The notes beneath the pieces are model-generated. The model saw only the letters and a program-made list of their open reading frames with translations, made no database searches and was not told the DNA's origin. A DNA stretch of 59,950 nucleotides, counting the filler, from Sphacelaria rigidula (Eukaryota): the NCBI GenBank assembly GCA_964200075.2. It is 5 parts of 5 records of this genome, joined end to end, with 100 filler letters (N's around TTAATTAATTAA, not from the genome) between each part and the next. Parts side by side here need not be neighbours in the genome. Positions count along the whole stretch, not along the records: positions 1 to 11,912 come from CAXNAA020004345.1; positions 12,013 to 23,922 come from CAXNAA020004346.1; 3 more parts are not named here. One strand, 5' to 3'. A program made the translations under genes and the position numbers. This document shows positions 1 through 12,389 of the stretch, piece by piece; positions within the stretch are counted from its first letter, which is position 1, and every line of letters begins with the position of its first letter.

Positions 1-1185
1 TCCCTGCAAGAGAGAAATGCCACTTCAACCCCATATTTTGTATGAACGTCATTTCCTAGGATACACTGTTACGGGGTGTTTGAGAAACCGATTCGGGCGA
101 AAATCAGAAAAATATTTCCAGGCCCCTTACCGGCCCAAGTTCGGTACTTGTGTTTTGAGATTTCATGTGGGATCTCGCTAGGCCAAATGAACAAAAACAA
201 GGAAGACAGGTTGTTTTATTTTTCTTCACTTGTTCAGGACGGTCAAGTACAGGAAAGACTATATTTTCATGAGAACGCCCATCTCCTGAAAAAAAATTGG
301 AGGCCCACTTTTTCTTCAGCATGCCTTCGTGCGATTCTCCCTACTGTTTCAAATCACAGCTCCAAGAATTGAGCGAATAAACCCAGATGAGGTCCAAGAG
401 CAATGTTCACATCTCCTCACAAATTCCCTGTAAAGACGGAAAAAAACGAAAAATGATGGGAAAACGAAAAGCGATGAAGAAAAAAAGTACGTTTTTTTAT
501 TATGCACTAGCGATTCTCTATACGAAATTTCAAATCACGACCTCTCAAAAACTGGGACGCGATAAGAGTATCCAGATAAGCGCAATTAGTGCCTCTGCTT
601 GTAATATATTGAATTTAATATGAAACCTTATGCGCGCCATATCTCGAGATAGATGACGAGTCAGGCAAAGGTGAGGGTGTCGATCGTTTTCCCGTGCTCC
701 AGGGAATGTCAACACTAAGAATCGTCATCATCATCCGCTGTATATATCGTTCGGGGTTTCAAGTAGTAGACTCTGTATGAACGATATCCCTGTGCGGTAT
801 GGAATTACTCGATATAGGGTTTAATCAACGCGAAAAAATTGGCCCAGAATTTTGAGCAGATAGGCACCCCCCCCTTGATCAGACGATTGAATACAATATG
901 CGGATTACGGCCCAACTCGCTTGTCTCGATGAGATATTGCTTTGAGAGCTTAAGTCTGAGTCTAGGCCGGCCCAGCTCGTAGCACATTTTTCTTCGATCG
1001 AAAAAAAGGGGAGGTGGAATTGATTTGAGCCAAATTTGCCCATTTTTCTGGAGTTGGTTCCGAGCGAAATTTCAAGGCTCCGACCGAAAAAGACTGGAAT
1101 TATTCGTGAAGCGGTACATGATCGCTTGTGTACAGTACAGACAGGCTGTGCTGTCTGCTCTGTTTGCATGCAGTGTGTCTGTCTT

Positions 1186-1187
<2 letters not shown>

Positions 1188-1259
<72 letters not shown>
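1188..1259 (+). repeat. (TG)n microsatellite
   Basis: Uninterrupted GT/TG run. It explains the VCVCVC/THTHTH ORFs in the track. Confidence 0.97.
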
Positions 1260-1260
<1 letters not shown>

Positions 1261-2649
1261 CGTGTGTGTGTTCGTGTTTTGTAGAGTAGGGTGTGAAAGA
1301 CAAGTAGGCGATGTGCAGCACAGACAGCGCAGGACTGTCTATTCTCTCTGCTTACAACGCGACGTCGAATGAACTTGGACAACGTGCAGCTTTGTACTGC
1401 TTGCACTGCTGTCCATAAGCGTGTAAGCATGTCGGTTGCCCACTCTACCACGCAGTTCCGTCACTGATCCCTACCACGAAAGAAGATGCCCAAGTTTGCC
1501 AACAAAAGATGAACAAAGCATATCCAACTTATTCGGTGTATCCATCCCTGTGCTTAACTCGTGCTCTATGCTGCAAGGTTGTGGCTGTAGCCGAGAAGGA
1601 GTTGAATTGGTTCTGTGAACGGGTGGTTTCTGGCCTGGCGGTCTGCAAGATAAGAGGCAAGTGTCTCTTCGTGCCTTTCGACCGCGGGTATTCGACCGAA
1701 AAAGCTCACGAGTAGTTTTTTTCTTGTATTTTTCTCCTTCTCCGAGAGCCATCGATTATTAAAAACCGTTGACGCCAACTTGGAATAGAAATGCGGTGGA
1801 CCCATCAGCTATCAGATCGTAAATTTTCTTTTCCACCGCACTTTCTCGATTGAAAAAAAGCGCAAAGACACGCCCATACGCCAACCTTTCTTCATCATGC
1901 TCTTGTGATTCTCCATACATTCATTTCGATGTACAACGCTAAGAATCGAGCTCCTGCAATGCTCGAATCCGTGGCTAGCCTGGCTCAGCTCGTAGTACTG
2001 TGCTGTACTCGATAGACCAGAGATACTTTCTAAACAGTTGAGAGTTGGGACTACGAATATAAAAAGTATGGTTGTCAGCCGGACTAGTGTCCCAACGACC
2101 ACTGCCGAAACCCGTATTTTGGGATCATACAGGTATAACGTTGACCAGCGGCCACCCGCGTTCCCGTATGCATGAAACGTTGGAAACAATGATGCATGCA
2201 ATCCAGGATGGGCACAGTGTATAGGCAGTGGGACATGCTGTCACCACAGTGTGCCGACGATACCATGAACCTTACATAATTATGTGGATATTACCATAGG
2301 TAGCATCCATACTCGTACAGACACACAGTAGTCTAATGCCGTTACGACGGTGCAATTTGAAATTTTAACATGCGAGTGTAGGAGAGATCCCCCGAAGCCT
2401 CCACGGCATGGCATATGGTGGAAGTCGTGAAAAGTTGAAAAATTATCTCTGCCAAAGTTTCGGTGCATTGTTTGGCGTTGTGCCCGGTATTCGAAAATCC
2501 AGCACCTCGGGCGAGCCCAATGATGAGCGATGCAGCAATTAGTTTTCACCACAATACACAACACATGATCATGCTTCCTCCAACCCTTATCTATCGCTGG
2601 GGATGAGCAGCAGCAGCGACAACAGCAGAGTTACAACAACAGACAGTAC

Positions 2650-3400
2650 AGGGTCAGAAGTCAGAACAATAGACCATTAGCCACCACGTCCATCCCCACG
2701 CGGCCGGCCTCTTGTCGTGCCGAAACGGTCCCCTGAACTTGTGATCCGGTGGTGAAACATACCTCAGGCCGGTTGTGAGCATACTGTGGAATCTCGATAT
2801 AACTGGAGGAGGACCTGCAGCCGTTGCTCCTGCCGCCTCGGTTGGTGGTACCTGTGCGCTCTCGGCCGCTACCCCATACGGTGCGGTTGTACAGCGCAGA
2901 AGTAGTCCTGCTGCTACTGCCTGAATGAAACGATGGAGATATGTATAGCACCTCATGGCACCGACCGCTGACGCCGTACACGCGCGAGCAGAATACGGCG
3001 GCGCAAGAACACGACCTTTCGTTATCATGGCTGGTGGCGGCCGTGAAATGTCTGATATATCAGAGGTTGGTGTTATCCGCTGCGGCTGTTGTTCTTGCCC
3101 TATACTCTTCTGCCCCTGCTGCAACGTCATACTTGCTACCGCGTGTTGTGCAAGCTGCCGGAAGGTCGCACCGTGCTGACTATCCGTATGTGGGTGTATC
3201 TGCGTGCCTCGTCTTCACCAAACCGTTACAGTACCGCGTGTGCTGTATAACTGTGCATGCACGGTCGTAGACACCGAGTTCGAAGGGGACCCACGGTACG
3301 CCAGCACTTATGGCCAGGTTCCTGGTGCCAATGTTGGCGGTCCCCACACGACCCTTTCCGCGCAACGAGAGCCCAGTGGTGCGATTGTAGGATTTGGATT
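2650..3400 (-). mobile_element. Highly decayed RTE-like LINE, apurinic endonuclease region
   Basis: Minus-strand pieces NIGTRNLA..ELGVYDR..GLVKTRH..QQGQKSIG..RPPPAMI..VPPTE fall in the order expected for an RTE endonuclease N-terminus (NVRTxA..EVLGVY..GLQETRR..KGQGGVG..RPPEFI..YAPTE). Many stops and frameshifts. Confidence 0.35.
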
Positions 3401-4192
3401 GTGAGAGGACGGGTCCAATACAGTAGGGTAGAATAACGGTTATACTGTACAGACAGTGTAATGAAATGAGCCTATTTTAAAGTCATGTTTGTACCGATCA
3501 GTATAAATTCGGGAATGACGTCGGCTAATTGGCAACAAGTGAGAAGGGGCTTCATACCTCACAACTTCAACAGCCAATCCCCAGATGTGTGATATTGTGA
3601 TAATTGCGTTCAAAATTCAAACAGTTCACACACGCATGCACCCGAAATATCTTGTCAATACAAAAGCATAGACAGCCCGCTGTCCGCAGATAATACCCGG
3701 TCAGTTCTAAAATACGCCTCTTCCTGGATGGAACCGAGTCATTGTTGTTACTTATTCACCATGTACGTTACGCAACGTTCGCGCGGCTCTGATCTACGCA
3801 TATTTGAACGTGCGGTGCAAGTAGCACGAGGGGTATTTTGGGTCAATATTTGCACGCTCCACGCTTTGGTGAGGCTTTCGATATTTGTGCAAGGAAGAAG
3901 GTGTTGATAATACGCAGATCAGAACAAAAAAATGAATGAATGTCCTTGGTACAGGCGTTGGGCAACCGCAGGAGAAGGAATAAGATGATGACCCGATTGT
4001 GATACGTGTAATATATACTCGCATAGAGAGAGTATTTGCTTGCAGTTTTTCTACGACGTGCTGACCCCAAGAAAAGTGAACCACTGCATTAAATACACGA
4101 TAACATGTTTCTCTCAAGCTGCCCCCCTCTGACCACCTGCGATGTTATGCACTCCCAATGGAGGTATCTCAAACTCAAGGTTCCCGACATAT

Positions 4193-4293
4193 TTAAGCCT
4201 TGGACCTGCTTGGACGGCAAAAATAGAGTACATCAGCTGTTGAACCGGCATCAATTTTACTTGAAAAAAGTTTGATATTATCGAGATGGACTA
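4193..4293 (+). mobile_element. Degenerate piggyBac-type MITE
   Basis: Starts TTAA-GCCTT and carries the family core TGAACCGGCATCAATTTTACTTGAAAAAAG (from 4241). Confidence 0.55.
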
Positions 4294-4315
4294 TTATACC
4301 CTTGCGGTCCAAGCA

Positions 4316-4711
4316 TGTGTGTGTGTGTGTGGGTGGGTGGGTGTGGGTGTGGGTGTGTGTTGTCGCCCCATCTATTGTGGACCCCGTTCTACACCATTCA
4401 TTCAGTATAGTATGTGGGCCCACCAGCCGGCATCATCACGCAGGAAAAAGGCCAACACAGGAGTATGTTTCTTCTTGGTTTTGTTTTAGTACTCCACCTC
4501 CCTTCTGCGGTGCTTGCCTTACATTTTTTTATCGCGAGAGGGGTTCAGAGGTCCCTTTCCCTCCTCGACCGTGAAGCCGAATTTTGTTCACCAGTGATAT
4601 AGTCGTTCTCCACTGTGTTGTTGGGCATGTCCAGACCGCTCCGAGATTCGAACCCACGACTCAACCGTCCAAAGGTTTCGAGGCTACCAACTGAGCGACC
4701 GCTGGGCGACC
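4316..4711 (-). mobile_element. tRNA-derived SINE, type 1
   Basis: Minus strand has an A-box-like CGCTCAGTTGG and B-box GGTTCGAATC. Body is colinear with 49294-49647 and 20102-20317. Ends GGCGACAA plus a (CA)-rich tail. Confidence 0.8.
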
Positions 4712-6124
4712 GGCGACCAAGGGTAGGAACTACAACCCTCGGTTATTTTGAAATATATACTGGGAATCTCGAGTTTGAGATAATTTTGTGTACCAGTGAT
4801 ATAGTCGTTCTCCACTGTGTTGTTGGGCATGTCCAGACCGCTCCGAGATTCGAACCCACGACTCAACCGTCCAAAGGTTTCGAGGCTACCAACAGTGCGA
4901 CCGCGGGGCGATCGGCAACCAAGGAAAGGAACTGCAACCCTCGGTTATTTTGAAATATATACCGGGAATCTCGAGTTTGAGATACCATCAATGCTGGAAG
5001 TATCTCAAACTCGAGGTTCCTGGTGTATTCAACAGTCAATTATGCCGGGAACCTCGAGTTTGAGATACCCCTAAATTTCCGGAAGGCCTTTCAAATCAGC
5101 AAAACGGGATTTGTCCATATTTTCAGTCCAATGTGACAGCGAAAAATGAAAAAATTATAAAGAAAAGAATGGCCTGATGAATGAAACGGTCGATAAAACG
5201 GAAGAGCAGGAGGTACGGGCGCCAACTGGACGTGGATCGACTATTGTCTCTCATCGGAAGAGAAAGATCGCAAACGAGTTGTGGACTATAGACAAGGTAA
5301 GCCGGCGATATCTGTTGCATGCAACGGTCTCTTTCGCCTCCACCACGTACATGCGCCTATACGGCATAGGGTTGAGACGACAAAAAGACTGTTCACATCG
5401 CAACGGTTACATAAGAAGAACAAGAACAATCAGCCCAACAGTACAGCTAGAGCAGTGGAGTCGCCAAAACATCAGCTCTATGATATATCTGAGAAATGCA
5501 TCTATCTCTCGAGAACGCAGCACCGGAATGGGACGTCGGCTGAAACCGATTATCGATATCGACAACAGCAGTGGTATTTACCGGCTCCGGGACTTTGTCG
5601 TCAGTATATCTATATCTCCTTATGTAGACCTGTCGAGCGATTCGCGTTTCATCCCCAACAGCTACGTAGTCGCTCCCTACAAGTCATGGCAAAAAGAATT
5701 TCGTTGGGTTAGCTGCCTGTGCTTGTGTCGCGACCGGGTGATACTCTTGTCTGTATCTGTTCTACTCGTCTCAGCACTACCGGACTGATCGCGTGGAGAT
5801 CCAGCTCTTGCTCGCACGTGTTCTGCTCTCACGTAGCAGTACTACGGGACGGTTCGCATGGAGAACCAGCTGGTTGCATTCATTCGACCATGATCTAATC
5901 CTTCCCCGTGCGTTATACCTCCCTCCACCCAGCCCTACCCTACCGTCACCCACCCCTACCCTAAACTACCACCACCCACCCACCCACATCCCTCCTGCCC
6001 ACGACACGCGTTGCATTTGGAGTAAGATACGAACAAGATCTCGAAGCTCCTCCCAGATTCAACAACAGACAGGAGAAGGCAAAGCGCGAATTCATCGAAA
6101 CAAGTTGTCGACCAAGCAGCAGGG

Positions 6125-6348
6125 ATGGCGACAAGCCAAAGCAAAAGTCGCTCGAATGATCTCTCACGAGCCATTTCCATGACGGACGCAGCACCCATGC
6201 TGTCGTCGACGCCGAGGGGTCCGCCCGGAAGCGCGTTCCAGGATGGAGACACTGCTTTCGATCAGACGGGGGGAGGGGCGGGGACGGTAGTAGCAGCTGC
6301 AGCTGCCGCCACCACCGCATCTAGAACAGCGGGTGGAGGCTCGTTACG
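6125..6348 (+). CDS. Putative first coding exon of an unidentified gene (MATSQSKSRS...AGGGSLR)
   Basis: ATG at 6125, 74 GC-rich codons with Ala/Gly runs, ending at a consensus donor CG|GTACGT (phase 2). No downstream exon or homology recognised. Confidence 0.35.
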
Positions 6349-6473
6349 GTACGTCTTCGTATCATGGTTTACAGGATGTAGATCTTTCCCTTGTTCCGGT
6401 TGGGAATTCGGATTTTGGCCTTTGAAGCCTCGGGCTCTTCTCCATCGTTCGTCGCCTCACCAGTACTCTGTAA

Positions 6474-6562
6474 CCCTTTGACAACGATCTTGCTGAATCG
6501 GCATCAATTTCACTTGAAAGAAGTATGCATGATCCAGATGAACTACCCTCGCGGTTTCGGGC
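6474..6562 (+). mobile_element. piggyBac-type MITE
   Basis: GTAA-CCCTTTG...GGGC-TTAA with core TGAATCGGCAT at 6494. Shares its right TTAA with the next element. Confidence 0.65.
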
Positions 6563-6566
6563 TTAA

Positions 6567-7621
6567 CCCTTTTGGAACCCTCCCCTCCCTTCCCCGAGCC
6601 AGACGCCTCATTATGAGAAGCCCTGACAAAGCAGAAAAAATGCAAACAGAAAAGACCGACGGCAACTATTTTTTCTGTTGAAGACCAAAGAGGATTCCAG
6701 ACGCCCACGTCATGGATGTACCGAAAATGAAACCCCGGAGCGGTCGGGTTGGGTTTGCCCAATGATTTCACGCGACGGGCAAAGTGTGTCCAATTGTGTG
6801 CATCGNNNNNNNNNNATCGACGAAACTCTCGCAAAACAGTACAAACTCCTATACATGTGATTTTTATCTGTAGAATCTGTGAAACACCTCAATTCGAGTT
6901 CGGTGCACGAATACATATGCAATTCACGTTCAGCCGGAAGACGTGGCTGAGGAGCAGGGCGAGGAAGCTGCCAGGCGTTTCGCTGTAAAAGCTGCAAGAG
7001 CGGTTGGGGCAGCCCATTTCCCCCCGGCGCACACCGCCCCCCCAGCTCGCTTACCAAACGTCAACACAGTAACCGCGGCAAGTGAAAAAGCTGCAAGGCA
7101 CGCAGGATCATGTAGGAGACATCGGGCGGACGTGATTACAAGCGTCCAGACAGGCGATATACTAGCAAACGATCGACAACCGACCGGGGCAGCCTTTCGC
7201 AACCAGCCTAACCCGACTACAACTACAGTCAGTAACGACACTTCATTACAGTCTAGTTAGTAGAGCTGAATAACGATGTTGCGGACTTCCATGCCAGAAG
7301 ATAAAAGGTATGCAATATCATTTCATGAAACCCCAACGCCACCCACGAGGACAGACGGTCCAAAGGCGATAGCGCCAGCCGGAGTAGTACACCTCACGCA
7401 GCACAAACTACGGCTGTGCAACGTTCAGATATGACCAACCCCCAGTATAGAGGTGGTGTGGTGGACGCGTACAGCACAAAGCGCAGGATGAGATATGCCG
7501 CAAGATCATAGCCTACAAAGTGACAGCCTATATCGGATATGCCAAAGTAACGCCCCCCGCCTACGCTGCACCAGGAGTATGTATAACGGCGGGGTACATG
7601 ACATCCTCGTCGCCGTTATGG
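6567..7621 (+). mobile_element. Non-autonomous element with a piggyBac-type left end, copy 1
   Basis: Begins TTAA-CCCTTTTGGAACC. Colinear over ~1 kb with the reverse complement of 36033-37268. Right end not located. Confidence 0.7.
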
Positions 7622-10600
7622 AACGATCAAACCGCAGATTGGTGCCGTATAAACGCGTACGGCAGAGTACAGTAGCGTGCACGGCATGAGTTTACCCTTG
7701 ACATAGCTGAAAATGTCATCATCACACGCAGTACAGAGGAGTAGGTGAACACATCCCCACAGGGCCTGAGGAAATAGAAAATAAAAAAACACATTAAAAC
7801 TCATAAAACGCGATAAGAGCAAAACAGGGATAAATAATAAAGAAGACAGAGAATACATATGGCTAACCCCAGAAGATCCGATGCCGCAGTACTGCTAGCT
7901 AATGAAAAACACAATGAGAAAGTAATTCTCAATTCTTGGTTAAAAATCTTCACGTTAAGTGTCCTAGTTTCTGCTGTAAGCTTTGTTCACTGCTTGCAGC
8001 TGCAGAATCTACGATGTACCATGCCATTTTACAGCAAAAAAAATGAAAATACGCTCGATGGTATTCCGTGGCGCCCACGTAGAACAATGTGTTCGTGATA
8101 TTGACAGCCTAGGATACGATGGGGAGTGAGAAGCGGTCATTTAATTAATGAAATAATATCTCTTCCGAAATGCTCCTCCAGGCCTTGCACGAGGCCCGGT
8201 ACGCTTTCTGTCGTGGTTTGCCACTAGTATTTGATATCTCTGAGTAGGATATCGACGTATAGATTAAATAGGCATGCGGCAGTGTTACAGGCAAAGAAAA
8301 GCTCACATAACATGAAAAGTCGGTCAAGTTAGAGCGACGAATAAAACTCACTGTCAATCGACGCCACACGAAAATATTGTCGTACTTCTAACGACGAACA
8401 TATGATGCCCTCAAAAACACCAGCACGTCCGCGAAGATATTGTTGATGATCAATGCAAACACGATACACTTCTGCACAACTCTTCATAGACAGTAATCGT
8501 CATCCTCAACTCTCCACTGCAATAATACTCCATCCTCCATAGCTGCGATGATGAGTCATCCTTCATGGAATCGAAATAAAGAAAACATTTCGGTACAATA
8601 TTCGATTCGATATTTCTGTACGGTATATCGAAAGTTTTGGTTCGGTATGCAACACGAGTCGCAAAACAGTACTGACTGTTCCGATGAGACGCTACTGTAC
8701 TGTACTATGAGAAAAAAAACTGTTGGACGTAAGTTATCCACCGGAATGACGTGTCGCTGGTCAAAACCTCGGAAACTGGTTCGTTTTATGGGCGGTAAAA
8801 CTCTGCGATTTCGGATGAACTACGATAAAGTGCTCAACAGCAGGCGATGCGAAGTGTTTTCCGCAGGAGAGTCCGAACTGGCGCAAGCCGCCGTTTACGA
8901 AGATTTTCAGCTCGTTTCCGCATCCTGCCCACGTGTGATGTTGACGTTACTGTTTGAAGTTTTTGTAAGGACACCTTGTTCCCCTATAGATAGACCACAA
9001 GTGGGACACCTCGACGCAGCGTGCAGCTGTATTCGACCAATCTGGTCACGATCATTCATTCCACTGAAGAAAAGGTAGAGAAATCGAGGTGTAGTATTTT
9101 CCGCCTGCCTGCCCCCTCTTGAGTTTCCAGTACACCATGGCTTCATACTCTGTGTAGTGTTGTGGGGCACTGAGCAGAGACATTAGCAGCGTGCGGTAGA
9201 CTGTGTCTAGAGGCGAGCGATGGCACGCGGACTGTTTGTTCCCGCTGTATCCAGCCATCGATGATGAAAAACGTTTCGCATGATGTTTGGAAGAGTAGCC
9301 GCACCAGCTGCAGCAGCACTATTAATTATTATAATAGTATGAAGACAATGAAAAAAACAAGTGCGCAAGACCAAAACACACTCAAGGTATGCCAGCCTTG
9401 CCCCCGCCTACACCGTGTTAAGTGAGAGCGATAGTACGCGGACTGTTTCATACTGTTGTATTCAGCCGCTGATGAAAAAAGTTGGCATGATTTATATATG
9501 GTGGGGTAGAAGCAGCAGCACAAGCAGTAAAACACTGAAGAAAAAAGTTGGTATGATGTATAAACAGTAGGGTAAACGCAGTACAAGCAGTAAAACAACA
9601 GGGGGTACGGGTTACGGGGGTACTGTACGTCGAGACGATGTGACGAACACGCAAGATCAACACACACGCAAGGTGCGCCAGCCCTGCCCCGAAAGTACCC
9701 AGACTGTTGCGAAAGCATGGATAGGAGGACAGCATGTATGTTGATTGCAGATGTCGCAACGGTGACGGTTGTCCAGCGAAGAGATACATACTGACTCTGC
9801 ATGCGCTTGACCGCCGGCTCAAAACCGAGCAGGGTTTCTCGCGGGAATATTTTTTTAATATACTTGGAAGTATGGCCAACATCCACATGTCGATGAAAAA
9901 AGGCGTCTTGTCTAATGAAAAGGCAGCTGTTCTGAACCCCCAAATGTGGCATGGTCCATCTGGGTCCATAGAGGGAGGTTCGCGGTCAAAGGGTTAGTCA
10001 ACACTTGGTCTGTCTCGTGACTCTTCGAAGAACTTTGTCGGGAAAAATACTTTTTTTTTTACAACGCCAATCCTGAACCCCAAACCCAAACCAAGGCATA
10101 CCGAGAAACCTCGGGCAAGGGGAAGACGGAGGAAGGGTGCCCTAGGCAAAGTGTGCGTTGCCAGATTTCGCCGATTTGGACAAAAATGCATTCTGCGCAC
10201 GCTAGGAGCACTCGGGACTGTTAGCCATGCTTAAGATCCGAAGGTCGGTGTCCACAGTAAAATCAAGTCAAAATATTCCGCGAAAGTTCCATGCGACTAC
10301 GCGGTAAAATCTACTGGCCACAGTCATGAGCGATGACCGTGCCATGTGCCACCACCGTGCGTCTTATGGCTTGTATGAACGTTGTACTAGCCGTGGCCTG
10401 TGCAGGCGCGCTGCTGTGAGAGTTTTGGCAGCGGACAGACGATGCCCCGAAACTCCAACCTGCGTGCTAAACCATATGCATGCACGGCTACACTTGCCAT
10501 ACTCCGAAAAAAAAGTTGACATTTGTGTCTGATCAAGCGCTCGAGGGCCATAAGAAAACCTATTACGCGAAAAAAAGTCAGTACGAGAACATCCGAGGGC

Positions 10601-11179
10601 ACTGTGAGGACGTATTCTCGGAACAGAAGGCCTTCGGCGCCTTTGGAACGCCGAGCCTCGTTTCGGTACAATATTTTCGACTGAGTTTCAAATTATATGC
10701 AATTGTCTGTACGGGATGTAATTTACTGTGTGTCCGTCATTGCTTCCCGTACGTCCAATCACAACATACACCGAAATGTTTAAGGATGATGTTACACTAG
10801 AACGCCATTGCTTTCTTAACATCACTATGTGTAACTCGATGCAGTACACCAATACACAGCCATTGCTTCGACGTGGAAACCATCCTGAATTATACTCTAG
10901 ATAATGCAACCCTATAATATAGTAGTCGTGAGGCCGAGAAGCTCCAAAATCCAAAACGTCAAAATAGCATATCAGATCTTGCTCTTGCGTATACGTCATG
11001 ACTTCCTGGCAGAGTCATTGTTGTGCTGCTTTGACGTCTGCGCATATGCAAATATTAGCGTGCAGGTCGCCAACGATTCCAGTACCAAATCCATAATAAA
11101 TAACTTCAAATGTTGAACAAACGAAACAACAGTCGTGCTCCACAGCAGCTCACAAGAGGGCAGTAACACCGAACACATA

Positions 11180-11850
11180 TATGTCTAAGATTACGTGTGA
11201 ACGCTCCCGTGCAAGCGGGACAGTTATAGACTTGCTCTTAAAACAGTCCACTTCACGAACCCATTCAGCTCTACGTCACCCTGCGACATTTTTTTTTTCG
11301 AAAGCTTGATGAGATAGTACAATGTTTTTCCATCACCGTTCACCTTCGACCCAAGCTGTCAGTGCCTAAAAGTATGCGCTTAACCCTTAGACCGTGAGGT
11401 TAGTCTTCTGTTGAATCGGCATCAGTTTCAAGTGAAGAAAAGTATGCATGATCCAGAAAGACTAATCTCGGGGTCTAAGGGTTATTGGGCGATACGCGGA
11501 ACTCTGACGATGGATCTGACACTTCGATTCTGAAAAACGGAAATTTGATTCTGAAAAAAGGAAATTTCAACTTTACATGCATACAGGATGGACACAGGAG
11601 ACACTAGAACGCAAGAAGAGCGTCTCTGTTTCCCTCGAGCTAGAGTTTTGTTTCGACCATGTCGCTGTATGTGTCTAATATGTGTGACTGTGTAGCGCAG
11701 AACACATAATAACGTAAGGTTGATCAGGTGGTGCAATGATTTTCCATCACCGTTCACCTGTTTGTTGTTGCCTGTTTGTAGACTTGCGCACGGCGCTTTT
11801 TCGTCGGCCTTTCTGTGTTCCTTAGATTCGGTTTCTCGGGGTTAGACTCA
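11180..11850. repeat. Dispersed complex repeat, same family as 45170-46800
   Basis: Shared blocks include CACCGTTCACCTTCGACCCAAGCTGTCAGTGCC, GGATCTGACAC and TTGATCAGGTGGTGCAA. A related piece at ~10070-10240 matches ~46055-46240. Confidence 0.8.
11384..11481 (+). mobile_element. 98-bp piggyBac-type MITE
   Basis: TTAA | CCCTTAGACCGTGAGGTTAGTCTTCTG ... CAGAAAGACTAATCTCGGGGTCTAAGGG | TTAT, giving ~27-bp terminal inverted repeats (TIRs). Absent from the two paralogous host repeats at ~45537 and ~46449. Confidence 0.85.
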
Positions 11851-11912
11851 CTTTTATGGCAAGCACGAATCTTGATTTTTTCAAAATCGGGGAACGCATT
11901 TTGTGGACACGG

Positions 11913-12012
11913 NNNNNNNNNNNNNNNNNNNNNNNNNNNNNNNNNNNNNNNNNNNNTTAATTAATTAANNNNNNNNNNNNNNNNNNNNNNNNNNNNNNNN
12001 NNNNNNNNNNNN
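11913..12012. other. Artificial contig spacer
   Basis: 44 N + TTAATTAATTAA (stops in all six frames) + 44 N. Confidence 0.98.
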
Positions 12013-12033
12013 CCCTCCCCCCCCCTACCCCTG

Positions 12034-12389
12034 CACACGCGGCAATCTGGCTATACCCCCAGAATTCCTCCAGGTCGGTCAACTTTTCGAGCCTCCAGAG
12101 GGATTAAACCCCTCCGGAGGGGTGCGCGACCCTCCAGAGGATTTTTTTTGGTTTCCTCCAGAGGGATTAAATACCTCCGGAGACTTGTTTTTGCCTCTGG
12201 AGGGCCGCGCATTTCTTCAAAGGCATGTTGTTACCCCCAAATTCTTCCCGAGGGGTGCGTAACCTCCCAGGTCGGTAGGGTTTGGTTTTTCCCCAGAGGG
12301 ATTGGAGGCCTCCAGAGGCTCGCAATTCCTCTGGAGGGCCGCGCATTCGTCCGGAGGCAATTTGGGGGGTAGCCATACGACCGCGTGTG
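12034..12389. mobile_element. CAC-ended MITE (CMC/CACTA-Mirage-like)
   Basis: TIRs CACACGCGG...CCGCGTGTG flanked by TG on both sides, with many internal CCTCC(A/G)GAGG motifs. An inverted homolog lies at 54163-54494. Confidence 0.75.

Larger units (their letters stand above)
4164..5068. repeat. Small palindromic (MITE-like) elements with nested insertions and a 202-bp tandem duplication
   Basis: Inverted repeat GTATCTCAAACTCGAGGTTCC / GGAACCTCGAGTTTGAGATAC is intact at ~4999-5068. A second copy has its left arm at ~4164 and right arms at ~4762 and ~4964. 4581-4782 is repeated at 4783-4984. Confidence 0.7.

Noticed and set aside
1509-1715. FDRGY motif suggesting a DDE transposase
   Set aside because: A single short motif in a 68-aa ORF, with no other catalytic motifs or TIRs recognised.
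5177-5788. 203-aa ORF, or possible exons 5177-5296 and 5662-5707
   Set aside because: Splice-like sites exist and the phase fits, but there is no recognisable product or continuation; insufficient support.
11957-11968. TTAATTAATTAA palindrome recurring every ~12 kb
   Set aside because: Embedded in N runs; an assembly linker with six-frame stops, not biological.
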